From Paragordius varius (lineage: Eukaryota; Animalia; Nematomorpha): a stretch of DNA of 64,000 nt. Both the position numbers and the translations under genes were made by a program. This document shows positions 39,723 through 52,670 of the stretch, piece after piece. Location of the stretch: the NCBI GenBank assembly GCA_964247055.1, contig OZ176052.1, forward strand, positions 12,090,001 through 12,154,000. The letters are read 5' to 3'. The notes beneath the pieces were generated by a model, which worked only from the letters and a program-made list of their open reading frames with translations, was not told the origin of the DNA and did not search any database. Positions within the stretch are counted from its first letter, which is position 1, and each line of letters opens with the position of its first letter.

Positions 39723-42700
39723 AAATTATAAAAACTGGTGCCGTCTAGGCAAACCAGCACTAGATTTTCATAACAATAATATTTTCATACATGCATACAA
39801 TAATAATCGTATAAAAACATTAGGTAAATGCAAACTACAGGTTGAATTAGATAAAAGAACGCACATTCTAGAGTGCTTTATTATAAACAACAATTTACCA
39901 TCAATATTTGGAATGGACTGGATAAAACAATTGAATTTGAAATTACCCAGTCATGTTATAATAAATAACTTATCTTCATATGATATATATAACAAATTTA
40001 ACAAGTTATTTTCTGAGGGCCTTGGTTGCTGGAAAGGCGAACCGATTAAAGTGCTTTTAAGTAATAATAATTGTGGTAGAATTTTTCCAAAAGGGTGCCA
40101 CTATCATTACAAAGCAAAGTGGATGATGAGATAAATAGATCGGTAAAACTGGATATAATTGAGCCTGTTGATCCAAAAAAGAAATCGTTTGGTCCAGCCC
40201 TACGGTAAATATTTTAAAACCGAATAAAGAGCTTAGAATATGCGCGGATTTTAAAATATAAATCCACACATAAAACCGCCGCAATACATAATCCTTTGAC
40301 GACCTCATCTCAAAAATTTTCCTTCGGCAAATCTTTCTCAACACTAGATTCGAAAGACGCCTATTTTCAAATTCCAGTAGACCCAGATAGTCAGCACTTA
40401 CTAACAATTTCTACACACAAGGGGTTTTATAAGTATAATTGCCTTTTGGGTTGATTCAACAAATAATGGACGAGTTATTAAAAGATTGCACAGGTACCGC
40501 CGTTTATTTAGATGACGTTATAGTGACAAACAGGCGAAACCGAGACAAAGCACAAGGACAACCTAATAAAGGTATTTACCAAATCGGAGACAATGGGATT
40601 AAAATTGCGCAAAGATAAAATAAATTTTTTTCAACCATCTGTGGAATTCTTGATCATATTATTTCTGAAAATCGCATTAAACCCTCCCCAAATAAAATTA
40701 AAGCCATCCAAAAGTCCCGACCCCGACCAACAAAACCACTCTTAAATCATTTTTGGGTTTACTTTTTCATGCAAAATTCATCCCTTCCCTAAGCATTTTA
40801 ATGGGAGAACTACATAAATTAGCAGGTAACAAACAAAAGTGGTGTTGGACGCTAACGCATGATTCGATATTCAAAAAAGCTAATGACTTGATCTGCCAGA
40901 GTTTTTCCTTGCATCCGTATAATCCCAAACTACCTATAGTCTTGGAAATCGACGCGTCAATGTCAGGATACAGTGCTATTTTATCACATAGAACAACAGC
41001 GGGCAATCGCCCGATCGCCTACACGTCAAAAAAATGCTCTCAAGCTGAAGAAAACTATTCAGTAATTGAACGAGAAGCAAAAGCTATCCTAATAGCGTTA
41101 GAGAAGTTTAAAACCTTTTTGTATGGCAGAAAATTTATAATACAAACGGACCACAAACCTCTAATGAAACTATTTGGGCCTCAAAGAGATCTAAGTAAAA
41201 TTAATAATTGTAAACTAGTACGCTAAATAACTAGAACATTGGTATTCGATTTTAACATAGAATATCACCCTGGTACAGAAAACATAGCTGACTGCCTATC
41301 GAGACTTCCCATTGAAAACCAGGAGGCGATGGCTATTGTGAAAGACGATGAAAGTAGCAATGTTCATTTGATTTGGTCCACGAATTAAATTTAAATAGAG
41401 ATATTATCTATCAAGAGTCGATAAAGGATCCTACGATAGCAAAATTAAAAGTAGCCCTAAGGTCTAATAATTGGACGGACCCTTTGGTCAAGCCTTTCAT
41501 CGCAATGAAAAATGAAATTGAGGATGCATACCGTTTATTATTTGTGGGGGATCGGGTAATAATCCCGAACAAAATTAAGCCAGAGATTTTAAGATACCTG
41601 CATAGTGGCCATCCGGGAATACAAGCCATGAAACTAATAAGCCGTGAAAAGGTTTATTGGCCCGGTTTGAGCCAAGATATCGAAAAATGGGTGTGTAGTT
41701 GCCAAAACTGCCAAAGGCTGCCCCCAAATGTATCCGAAAATCCCACTATCAATGGAACGGGAATACAACCATATGGGAACGGCTCCACCTAGATATCGAT
41801 GGACCCATTGACAATTTATACAGGGTGGTACTAATTGATCATTGGACCCGCTGGGTGGAGGTAAAGACGTTACGCTGTGTGAATACAGGTAATATTCTAA
41901 AGTTTTTAGAAACCTGTATTTGCCGGTATGGGTACCCAAAAGTGGTGGTTACTGATAACGGCTCTTATTTTAAATCGGGGGAGTTTGAGAGAACTTTAGC
42001 TTCCTCTAATATAAAACACGTAACATCAGCTCCCTACCACTCCCGAACAAATGGGTTGGTAGAGAGGGTAATTTACACTCTAAAAAATCATTATTCAATG
42101 TCAACCCCACTTTCCTCAGACCCAGTGCGAAGATTAAACCAAATCTTATGGGCTTACCGAAACACGCGACACAGTTCCACGAAGGAGACCCCCGCGCATT
42201 TGTTTTTAAAAAGAACTATGCAAAGCCCATTTACATGGATGAAAACGAAACCCAACGAATTCATGGATACTCCTGACATTCCATAGGAGTTTGAAAAGGG
42301 GCAAAAGGTATATATCAAGAATGAATTGTGTACTGGCTGGAAGGAGGGACAAATCGTCGACAGAACGGGATGGTCGTACAATGTCAACGACAATGGCAAA
42401 ATTATCCGCAAACATGCTGATCAATTAAAGAATCGCATGGATTGGTCGGCCGAAGGAGAAGACAGGAGAAGTGAGGAAAAGACTAAAAATCTAGATAACC
42501 CGGAAATATCAGGCAGCATTCCTAACTCATCATCCGCAAACTTAAACAACAATGATAATAACCTCCGAAAACATCCCACGGAACATGAAATAAGAACCCC
42601 TGAAAACATCGAGGAGAATCCGGAATCAGAAAGTGCGCCTTCAAGTGAGAATACTCCCGTGCAAACAAGTGACACTTCTCCTACTACGACTCGCCGGTAT

Positions 42701-42750
42701 CCGATTCGATCCCGAAAGCCACCCGACCGATATCAAGCTTATGGAAGAAG
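39723..42750 (+). pseudogene. Degenerate Gypsy pol of element 1 (C-terminal half of protease, RT, RNase H, integrase)
   Basis: WCRLGKPAL..IFGMDWI (protease); LDSKDAYFQI and AVYLDDVIV (RT); LEIDAS..TDHKPL (RNase H); HSGHPG..CQNCQ, LHLDIDGP, VTDNG and NGLVERV (integrase). Many frameshifts. Confidence 0.93.
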
Positions 42751-42753
42751 GTA

Positions 42754-43002
42754 TGTTAAAAGGGTTATTATCATACGCAAATTATCCTTCTCTTTTTAGT
42801 GCAAAATACACTTTTGTCCTTGTTACGTTAAAAATATATATTACCTTGGTTGTGAATGCAAATTATTTTATTTATGCTTATTATCTTTAACAACGTTTAA
42901 ATCAGACAACTTTATCCTTGTGAATGCAATAACCAAATTTCAGAATATATATAAGGAATCATTGTGACACGCAGATCATAATATATTATTCAGTTTTGTT
43001 GT
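42754..43002 (+). repeat. 3' LTR of element 1, first part (remainder 47235-47278; ~293 bp in total)
   Basis: Follows the polypurine tract GGAAGAAGGTA (42743-42753), starts TGTTAAAAGGGTTA, and is split by element 2. Confidence 0.85.
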
Positions 43003-43274
43003 TGTAGTAAATCAAGAAACCGTAAAACAATAAGATTTATTGAGATAAAATGCAAAAACTAAACTACATACAGTTTGCGATGTATATATACTTTTTGTGA
43101 ATACAATATTTACATGTTAAGCCAAGGTAAAATAACTTGTGCAGGTTAAATACAAAATTGATACAATCGTTTAACTCATATATAAAAGGTCATCAAAATG
43201 TATTCAAATCTAATATATAATTTGGTCTTGTCTAAGGTTAACTAACTTGATGTATTCTAATCTATCATATCTCC

Positions 43275-46200
43275 TTATCCAAATCCGAGCCGATCTGGTG
43301 CTTTTCTTTCCCTAAGAGGATATCTCCTTTCAGGTTCTTTCTCAGTTGTTTTTTCCGTTCTTATTTCAACCTGGGTGTCTTTCTCGTTTTCTTTTTCTTT
43401 GCTTGGTTCCTCCCCCACCTCCCGATTATTGGTTGTCATCTCTTCATCTGTTTGGTTTATCGTTACATTATCCTCCTCCTCAACGCCGTTCTCGACTCCG
43501 GTCGGCCGTAATTGATCCGCATGCTTGCGAAGTGTTCGATTTCCATTTTTAACCGTGTACGAGAGTACCCCTGTTCTCTCCAAAATTATACCTTTTCTCC
43601 ACCCTGAATTGATTTCATTCTTTATGTACACTTCTTCGTCCAGTCTAAAAGTTTGATTAGGAATTAGGTCGTCCTCTAATTGTTGTGCGGGTGTTTCCCT
43701 AACCCAAGAGAAGGGGGTATTAATTTGTCTTTTCAGAAATAAATTATACGGGCACTCTTTTGTGGCGCTATGTACGGCGGAGCGATAACCCCATAATACT
43801 TGGTTTATTTTTTTGTCAGGAGTCAGCTTAGAATCCGTTAACGATTTATAGTGTGCTTTTAAGGTGTAAATGACTCGTTCCACCAGCCCATTTGTTCGTG
43901 GATGATAGGGGGCGCTAGTGACGTGTTTGATGTTTGCTCGTTGCAAGGTCTCATTAAAATCTTTCGATGCAAAATATGTTGCATTATCGGTAACGATCAT
44001 TCGGGGAAACCCGTACCTTACACACCAAATTTCCAACCAATGTAGTATGTTTGCCGAATTAACAGTTCTTAGCAATTCGACTTCAACCCATCTGGAGCTA
44101 CTATCGATAGCTACTAACCAATACAACCCATCTATAGGACCAGCAATATCAAGATGTATCCTTTCCCAGATACCCGTATTAAAATTCCATTTGTACGTTG
44201 GATTACTTTTTATGTTACTCCGGTTTAACTGACACCCCATACAAGATCTCACATAATTTTCAATATCTTGGTTTATACCTGGCCAATAAACCCTAGCCTT
44301 GGCAGACTCTTTCATTACATTAGCCCCCGAATGTCCAACATGCAAAAATTTTAACGTTTCATTTCGCAACGCCCTGGGTATAAACAGACGATCGCCCCAA
44401 TACAACAAACCATATGATTCTTGTATTTCGTTTCTTATACTCAATACCGAATTTAGAATTGGAGCTGACCAATCATTATGATGTAGAGCCGATTTTAATG
44501 CCATCAAAAACTCATCCCGTAAAGTATTTTCTTTCATTCGCTGTACGCTTAAGTTGTCAGTTGTTAGAAAGTTGATTTGCCTGGGTTGCTCCTCCACTTC
44601 CTCAGTCGGTTCTTCATACGGTAGACGAGATAACCAATCCGCTAAATTTTCCGAACCATTAATATATTGTATAGTAAAATTATAATCGGCTGTTCTGAGT
44701 ATCCATCTTACTAATCTACTATTGTTAATATTACTTAGATCTCTCTTAAAACCAAACAACTTGATCAGGGGTTTATGATCGGTTAATTATACAAACTTTC
44801 TGCCATACACAAACATTTTAAATTTTTCTAGCGCATATAAAATTGCCCTTGCTTCTTTTTCAATTACAGAGAAATGTCGTTCTGCCTTCGCACATTTTCG
44901 AGACGCAAAAGCTATCGGCCGTTTTCCCTCACTTGTCATATGTGATAAAACTGCTCCGAATCCGTCATTCGATGCATCTGTTTCCAACACTAACGGAAGG
45001 TTCGGGTTAAACGGTATTAGACATAAGGCATTACTCACCAACAGTTTAGCTTTATCAAAAACCATCTCTTCTTTTGTCGACCAACACCATTTCTTAGAAC
45101 CTGTAAGCGCATGTAAGTCCGCGATTGTAGCAGGCAAAGATGGAATAAAACGCGCGTGAAAATTTAACATTCCCAAAAAAGACCGAAGTGATGTTTTATT
45201 GGTAGGTGTAGGACAATTCAAAATTGCTTTTACTTTTTCGTTATCTGGTTTAATTCCTTTGTCTGAAATTATATATCCTAAGTATGACACTGAGGAACGA
45301 GCTAATTGGATTTTATCCTTTTTTAATTTCAAACCCACAGCAGCTAATTTGTTCAACACTTTTTTTAAATTATCCTTATGCTCCATTACCGTTGTTCCAC
45401 TAACAATTACATCATCTAAGTAAACCGCTGTACCTGGACAATCTTTTAATAACTCATCCATAATTTGTTGAAATATCGTGGGTGCACTAGATATTCCAAA
45501 TGGCAGTCTCTTAAATCGAAAAAGGCCTATATGTGAACTAAACGTTGATCAAACGTTGGAATCAGATGATCTACAGGAACCAGACTTGGGTTTAAAGTAA
45601 CTCTAAAATCACCACATATACGAATATCGTTATCATTCTTTTTAACTATCACCAATGGAGTTACCCAGTCAATTCGTGTTTGCGAGGGGTTTATGGACTC
45701 TATAATCCCCAGACTTTCCAGCCTCTTTAATTCACTCTCCACCTTAGACTGAAGCGGAATAGGTACCCTTCTGGTCGCAAATCTTTTGGGGATACTCCCT
45801 TTTTTGAGAAACAACTTAATGGGTGGTCCCGTGTAACACCCCATACCCTCACAAAACAAATCCTTAAATTTATTCAATTCCACGTAATTAACATTTTTTA
45901 CACATACCGGCTCTGGAAATCTGCATTCAAAACTTTTCATCCATGGTAGCCCAAAAATGTTACCCCAATCATCCCTCGTAACCATACATTCCAACTGTTT
46001 GACCATACCATTCCATTTCACATCTACCATACATTGTCCCATCACCTCTACACCTTGCTGGTTGAACCCAACTATTGGACCCGCGGGAGCTAAGGTCGGC
46101 CTCCCAATCTCCATCCACGCTCTTCCCAATCAATAATATTTGAGCTCCGGTATCGTACAACATCCTCACCCAATGGCCATTCAGACTTGCTTGCGTTCGG

Positions 46201-46922
46201 GCTTCATTATTATTATTGTTACCATGAAGTCTATTAACGCGCCGGCAACACCTGCCAAAATGACCACGTCCTTTGCATCGATAACACTCCTTGTTTGAAG
46301 CGGGACACCAGTTGATCGCATGCACGTATCCACATTTTCCACATTTTTTTCTTATCATCATAACTTGCCTATTGTCGGGACCCTGATCAATCAAACAGCT
46401 GTCCGCCTTTTCGTATGCCATTGCCATTTCTACCACCATCTCCAACGTAACCGGTTTCCCATCAACCATTGCATCTGGAAATTTTGTGAACAGATCTATT
46501 TCCAATCTTTTGAGTTGTAACCCTCCAACAAACCCATCTCTGATTCTTAGCATTGCATCTTGCTCAAAGTTGCACCGGGCAGCACATTCCTTTACTCGAA
46601 TCAAAAAATCCATCACTGATTCCGTGGCTTCCCTTCGGAGTTGCGTAAACTGAAACCTGGCTGCAAACGCATTGTATGTCGGAGCAAATATTTTTTTTCC
46701 AGCTGCTACCAAAGCATCCCAGCCCACTTCCTCTAACAGTACAGGATAAAAGAATTTCTTCAACTTTGGAATATGGGATAGACCAATGTTGGCCAATAGT
46801 AAGTTTTTTTTTGTTTCATCATCTTCTGGAATTAATTTCACTTTTAACATTCTCTTTATATAATCTATGTAATCCTCGAAACTCGTTGCTGGATCATAGG
46901 GTTCTAAACTTAATTTCTCCAT
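43275..46922 (-). pseudogene. gag-pol of element 2, disrupted
   Basis: Gag with CCHC-like knuckles (CGKCGYVH..C, CYRCKGRGHFGRCC); protease LYDTGA; RT YLDDV; RNase H LETDAS; integrase HHCC and DDE. Lesions: frameshift at ~46130, RT deletion at ~45540, and in-frame TAA at 44787-44789. Confidence 0.93.
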
Positions 46923-46949
46923 GCGCGAATGTAATGAGGTAAAAAAAAA

Positions 46950-46962
46950 TTCGACCGCGCCA
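46950..46962 (-). promoter_or_regulatory. Primer-binding site of element 2 (TGGCGCGGTCGAA; tRNA-Ser-like by resemblance)
   Basis: Lies 2 nt inside the 5' LTR and starts with TGG, complementary to tRNA CCA. The tRNA assignment is an inference. Confidence 0.75.
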
Positions 46963-47697
46963 AATGTAGTAAATCAAGAAACCGTAAAACAATAAGATTT
47001 ATTGAGATAAAATGCAAAAACTAAACTACATACAGTTTGCGATGTATATATACTTTTTGTGAATACAATATTTACATGTTAAGCCAAGGTAAAATAACTT
47101 GTGCAGGTTAAATACAAAATTGATACAATCGTTTAACTCATATATAAAAGGTCATCAAAATGTATTCAAATCTAATATATAATTTGGTCTTGTCTAAGGT
47201 TAACTAACTTGATGTATTCTAATCTATCAGTTGTTATACTAAATAAATATATATATATATATATCCTTTTTTATATCAACCACGAATATCGATCTAATGC
47301 AGACGACCACAACTAGTGCATGTCATATCAGATTTGACTATAACATTGGATAAATGATACATTGATACACTAATCGTAGAATAAACAACTACTTGTCGCC
47401 ATTAAGAGGTAATGGTATAGAATTTAGGGTATAAAATATATAGGACTAACTCTATATACTTAATGTGCTGTAGGATATCAAGTTAGAATATAAAAATAAA
47501 TAATGTAACCCAATAATTTACTCTTTCCCACAAAATTGCAATAACAATTCATGCATACCTTATATTTTTAACGTATCATTATATCCCTCAAGGTACACCC
47601 AACGAGACGATAAAATGAAAAATGAAGGTTTAAAAAATATTAAGTTTTTATAAAAAATATAGACATTCGTGCAATATCTTTATTATTTTAACTACTG

Positions 47698-48794
47698 CAC
47701 CAGATGTATATAATACAAGTTTAACTAATATAAGAAGACAAAAAAGTACTCAACCGATTAATTTGACGATGCCATTTGACCCATCACACATCAGACGACA
47801 CAGACAAAGAAAATGAGTCTGTCAAAAGCGAGCTCTCATGTTCATTATTCAGTAATTAAGTCGAACTGTGTGCCTAAAAAACGATTGCGGGATGCATTGC
47901 TTTTATACGTCAGAAGAAAAAGGATGTTAAAAGTCATTGTTCCATCGATTAAATTGTGTAACATAGTTTAAATATTTAAATGATTTTTATATGAAAGAGA
48001 GTGGGTACCATGGCAGACCACACAGCCACGAAGACGAAGTGCAAGACTAATTGGATAATGGCTCAACTCAAACTCATTTCATAAGTGTATCACAACCATT
48101 CGATGTTTACAAAATGAGAAGAATCAATAAACTCAGTAAATACTGACCAGACAATTCGCATGGCAATTATAAAATCACCAATGGACTTGAGATATCCTGC
48201 TTTCGGAAGATGGTGAGAAATAGTTTTTGTAAATTGAGAAAGAGAAATGCTAAGTTGCCAACCGGTCAATCAACATCAAAGTTAATCACTTCAGTAAAAC
48301 CATGAATGTGTCTGGTGGACCAAAGCGCTGTTGTGCATTATGAGCCCCGAAACCGTTAATACAAAACTCTATCTGCAGAAAATGATTAATTAAATTAATG
48401 CATTAAACGACCAAAAATAGGCCAGAAGACAGGACGATAAATTTCGCCACATAACAAGGCTTCGTCTTACATGGCAAAACCAGTATATACACCTTATAAT
48501 CGCTTTGAGAAAATTCTTTTGCATTTGGAAAACTCTCCTGACCTGGATATCATTATTCCCTCCTCGCATCAACATGGTATATGCTTGCAGAAAGCAGATT
48601 AACAATTTGGAAAACGTTGGAAAATGGCTTGACAGATGGTTTACCACAAAAACATTCAGTTTTTTAGCATTGCATTCATAACTTGAGAGCTAAGGAAATT
48701 TTTGGTGGACAATATCTCGAATGAAATAAATTTGATTTCCCTGTATAATTATTACTTTTTTTAGCAACCGTAATTATTTATGACTACACTGGTA
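47698..48794 (+). mobile_element. Mariner fossil, unit 4
   Basis: Collinear with 1784-2895. The downstream hAT site is empty (AATCTAGAGAATT). Confidence 0.85.
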
Positions 48795-49182
48795 TCAACG
48801 CTTGTACTAGGGAAAATAATCTAGAGAATTAATTTATTTGACCCTCTAAAATAATTTTATATTTACCAATTTTATTAAAGATGTCGGAGAGAGACTTCTA
48901 AGACCTATACATATTTAAAACAAACAAGTTTTACAAAAATTCCACATAATACAACATTTAATGTATGCTATTCAAATATACATAATTAGAAAAACAATAA
49001 GAAATTTATAAAAAAGATAATATACCACAGCCCAGCCCAAAAAACATTTTGAATGAATAAAAATGTTTTCCTTATCAAACCATTTTCCCAGTCAATCTAA
49101 ACGATTATCCAGTCAATGGAATTTTTTTGCAATCAACAAAAACGGTTTGGTTTTCATAAAAAATATTAAAGCAAGTTTTAAC

Positions 49183-49403
49183 ATTTGGATACAACACATT
49201 CATTTCAGTCCTTCGATTCAAATCGAGGAAGTTGGATACCTCAGGCTTGTTTAAAATATACTTCAAAAACTATGGAAGGAATTGAAACAATGGCAAAGGT
49301 TTGCCCTTATGTAACATTAATGAACCTAAATATAAAAAAAATCATTCAAAAATATTTGATATTACATATTTTAGAATAAAACCCAAAAGTAATTATTTAG
49401 TCT
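49183..49403. mobile_element. Truncated TTAA MITE at the end of the tandem array
   Basis: TTAA|CATTTGGATACAACAC...; homology to 15646-16180 stops near 49403. Confidence 0.65.
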
Positions 49404-49524
49404 ACATTAAGGTGAATTTTGAACTTTGACGCAGTACAAAATTAAAACATAATTTGCCTGTTTTTACACCATCGGTGTGGTATATTACATAGTTTCTACA
49501 AAATTCTCCTGATGAAATATATAT

Positions 49525-50190
49525 CACTGTGGGCAAAAAAATTTTTAACGAAATTTTTTTTTCATGAGATAGCTTATGACCGTATCATTTGCCATAAAAA
49601 TTTTTATTTGTTAACAACCTAGTTTTTGAAATATTCTGAGAAAATCATAATTGGGCAAAAAGTGAAAATTATGGATAATTAAGGATAATTCAAAAAATAA
49701 TGATAAAAGTTGAGACACACTTAAAAGTCAAAAATTTTATTATGAAACTATAATAAAATATTTTTTTAATTATTTACTAGCTAAACTCACCATTAAAATC
49801 TTAACATTCATATTTTATTCAGTAAAAAAAACTTCTATATCAAAATAAACTAAGAAATATTGTTTTTATTTTTTCATTTTTTTGTCTTCTGGTTTATGAG
49901 TGTTGTATTGTTTTGGAATCTTACATGAATGGAAGTTATAAAGTATAAATTTAAAATAGGATTTAAAAGCAGTAGAAATTTAACCAATCCGTACATATCT
50001 TAGAAATATTATTTTGGATTAAACAAACCTTTAATTGAATTTATACGGATTGTTGGTTGATATTCTACTACTTTTAAATGCTATTATGCAATTATATACT
50101 TTATAACTCCCACTCATGTAAGATTCCAAAACAAAACAGATTAAATTTTTTATACACTCATAAACCAGATGACAAAAAAAAATGAAAAAA
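49525..50190. mobile_element. Truncated copy of the fold-back MITE
   Basis: CACTGTGGGCAAAA...CATGAGATAGCTTATGACC, homologous to the left arm of 20329-23207, running through the centre and part of the right arm. Confidence 0.8.
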
Positions 50191-50750
50191 ACTCTTAATT
50201 TTTTATGAAGCAGGTTATTTCGAAATCATATGCCATATATAATAAATTTTAAATAATATGTTACGGGATTAACAATTTTATATAGTTTTCCGTTTGTAAT
50301 TATAACAAAAAATGAACTTCCGTTGATCAAACATTTATTAAAATAAATTAATTTTTGTTAATTTTAAATTTGAGGCAACTCTTTTTGCGGAAGCCCTTAG
50401 TGAAAAGCCATTAGCCTGAATCTTACGGTTGAGTCCGAGTTTATAGTTTCGCCACTGCGCGAAATGCTGCAATCATAAGCGGTTGGACCGATAAATCCAA
50501 TTTTATGTATAATTCGAGCTGAAAATAAATATTAACAATTAAAAATAGACCAATCTTAGTTTTTTACCGCAATGACCCATTTCTTTACAAATTATGGTTT
50601 TATTTTTACAAATAAATAATTAATATGTTTTAATAAATAATTATTTTTTTTAATTTCGAAAAGCAGTACAAAAGTGGGCGCAGTACAATAGCAGTTTTTT
50701 CTGAAAAACCAGTACAGTACTGCGGGAAAACAGCCTATCTAGTCACATTA

Positions 50751-50781
<31 letters not shown>

Positions 50782-52099
50782 CAAAACAGGGGGGTATAAA
50801 AAGATTAAATATATAGATGATATTTGCAAGATTCAATAAATGTTTTTGTTGACCTAACAATTTATATAAAAAACTTATTTAAATTTCGTGCATATTGCTC
50901 GATCCCACTATTGCCACCACAATCTCACAAAAAACAAGTTTTTTGGTGAAATGGAAATGCTTGACACCAAAAATATGGCTAAAAATCATAAAATATGCAA
51001 AAAGAAAAACAACCTTTTTATAATATTTTAATAGATGTAGCTTCCGAAAATCTTGGTATGTTTCCAAAGTCTAACTTTCCTGAAAATAAACAATAAAGGT
51101 AAGATTTAGGAATATTTAATATATGATAAGATTATGATATAAATTGTTTTTAAAAAGCAAACTTAAATAAATTTTTTGAGGTAATTTGCGTATTTTATGG
51201 TTTTTGTATGGTCAAAACGGTAGAAAATAACTATAATTAGCACCTGAGTTAAAGGGTATCTGAAAATCCCCTCTATGTTTGGGTTGATATTTTAACTAAT
51301 AAGAGAAATTGTGCCAAATAAAATTTCTGCTTCTCCTAATAATTTAATAAAGAAGCCAAAATATCTAAATAAAATTCAGTTTTGAAAATGGGTATAAAGC
51401 TACTTCGACGCCCATTTTATTTTGTAACATTTTGCAAAACATTGTGTTTATTTGATTCTAACGCAAAAGTTAAATACTTTTTAAAATCACTCTAACATTG
51501 ATTTAAGCAGAAAAGGTGGTATTTATTGCATTATTTTTATATTTAGCAATAACACAAATGTCATTTTGAAAATGACTTGAGGTTTATCCATAAAAAATAA
51601 TATCAAGTTTTTTTTAAATTAATTTCGGTGCATCAAAATTATATGATACACAATGTAAATCGGAGGAAATAAATAATATTCTGATGAATTAAATTAGATT
51701 ATTTTAGTAAATATCAAAAAATAGTGCTTTTTGATTATTACGAGTAATAACAAAGTTATTTACACTTTTATAGTAACTTTTCCATATGAAAAATGGCAAA
51801 ATTTGTGCATTGCCAGAAATTATCACTTAACTATATCATATACCACATATGATTTTTATTTTTCCATGTGGGCTTCAAAAGTCGCAATTTACATTGCTTC
51901 TCTAAATGGGGTAGTTGTATTAAATTAGGCTAAAATCCCAATATTGCGCAGTAAAAAGGTTTATAAGCTAAAAAATATCAGCTAAAAATATTTTTTGCAT
52001 ACTTTTTTCAAAGCCTTTATTTTAGGAAAACAGCCCTTTAGAAGAGGAAAAAATTGGGACTTTTGGAGTCCACAAAATGTTTTACTCTTTATAGGTATT

Positions 52100-52635
52100 T
52101 TATGATATATTTTAGTCAAATTTTTTGATATGAACCATTAAGCTGTTGGCAAAAAATTGATTTAAAAAAATGTCCGCAATTTTGCCATTTTCTGGCATGG
52201 ATCACTTACCACAGAAATTACTTTCTTAAATCCTTCGTGAGGGCCAAAATCAGCACCATAATCCTGACACATTTACCTATCAGAATATATTTTTCAAGAT
52301 ATATTTTCATGACCCCCGATTTGGTACACTGTGTATTAAATTCTATCGATCCCGGCATTTTTGCATTCAGCGAAAAAAATGGAGACTTTCGAGCTCAGAT
52401 CTATAAATTAAAATATTTTAAAAATATTGTTTTGATTTTTATAGGTAGTTTAAAATAAATTTAAGGATATTTTTTTGGAATAAAGCATTTACCTTAGAAA
52501 AAATTTTAATACAAAAATGTGGTCAAATTTTGCCATTGTCTGTAATGGAGCACTTAGCACGAAAGTGTAAATAACTTGGACTCGCTAGTGCCAAAACCAA
52601 AAGCACCATGATAATCCTGATTCATTTTCCTATCA

Positions 52636-52670
<35 letters not shown>

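Larger units (their letters stand above)
43003..47229 (-). mobile_element. Ty3/Gypsy (Mag-like) LTR retrotransposon, element 2, 4,227 bp, nested in the LTR of element 1
   Basis: Two 265-bp LTRs (43003-43267 and 46965-47229) that are identical by eye, with TG...CA ends. TSD GTTGT at 42998-43002 and 47230-47234. PBS and PPT present. gag-PR-RT-RH-IN order. Confidence 0.96.
37811..47278 (+). mobile_element. Chimeric Ty3/Gypsy LTR retrotransposon insertion (element 1) carrying captured RNA-derived sequence and a nested element
   Basis: Begins TG (TGTTAAAAGG) and ends CA (TTATATCA). TSD ACCAC at 37806-37810 and 47279-47283. The first 14 bp are identical to the start of the 3' LTR at 42754. Confidence 0.9.
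1..49400. repeat. Tandem segmental-duplication array, about four unequal units (197-12406, 12407-27792, 27793-36534, 36535-~49400)
   Basis: The anchor TTGGAGATGAATTGGTG recurs at 1, ~12208, ~27598 and ~36335. The start codon of the proline-rich gene recurs at 196, 12406, 27792 and 36534. Units are collinear and differ by TE insertions and one large deletion. Homology stops near 49400. Confidence 0.92.

Noticed and set aside
46110-46145. Programmed gag-pol frameshift in element 2
   Set aside because: The shift falls inside the protease, after the DTG motif, at a short G/A run. Mutation or a sequencing indel is more likely.
41411-46942. Antisense ORFs overlapping the Gypsy pol regions
   Set aside because: Shadow frames of the retroelement coding sequence.
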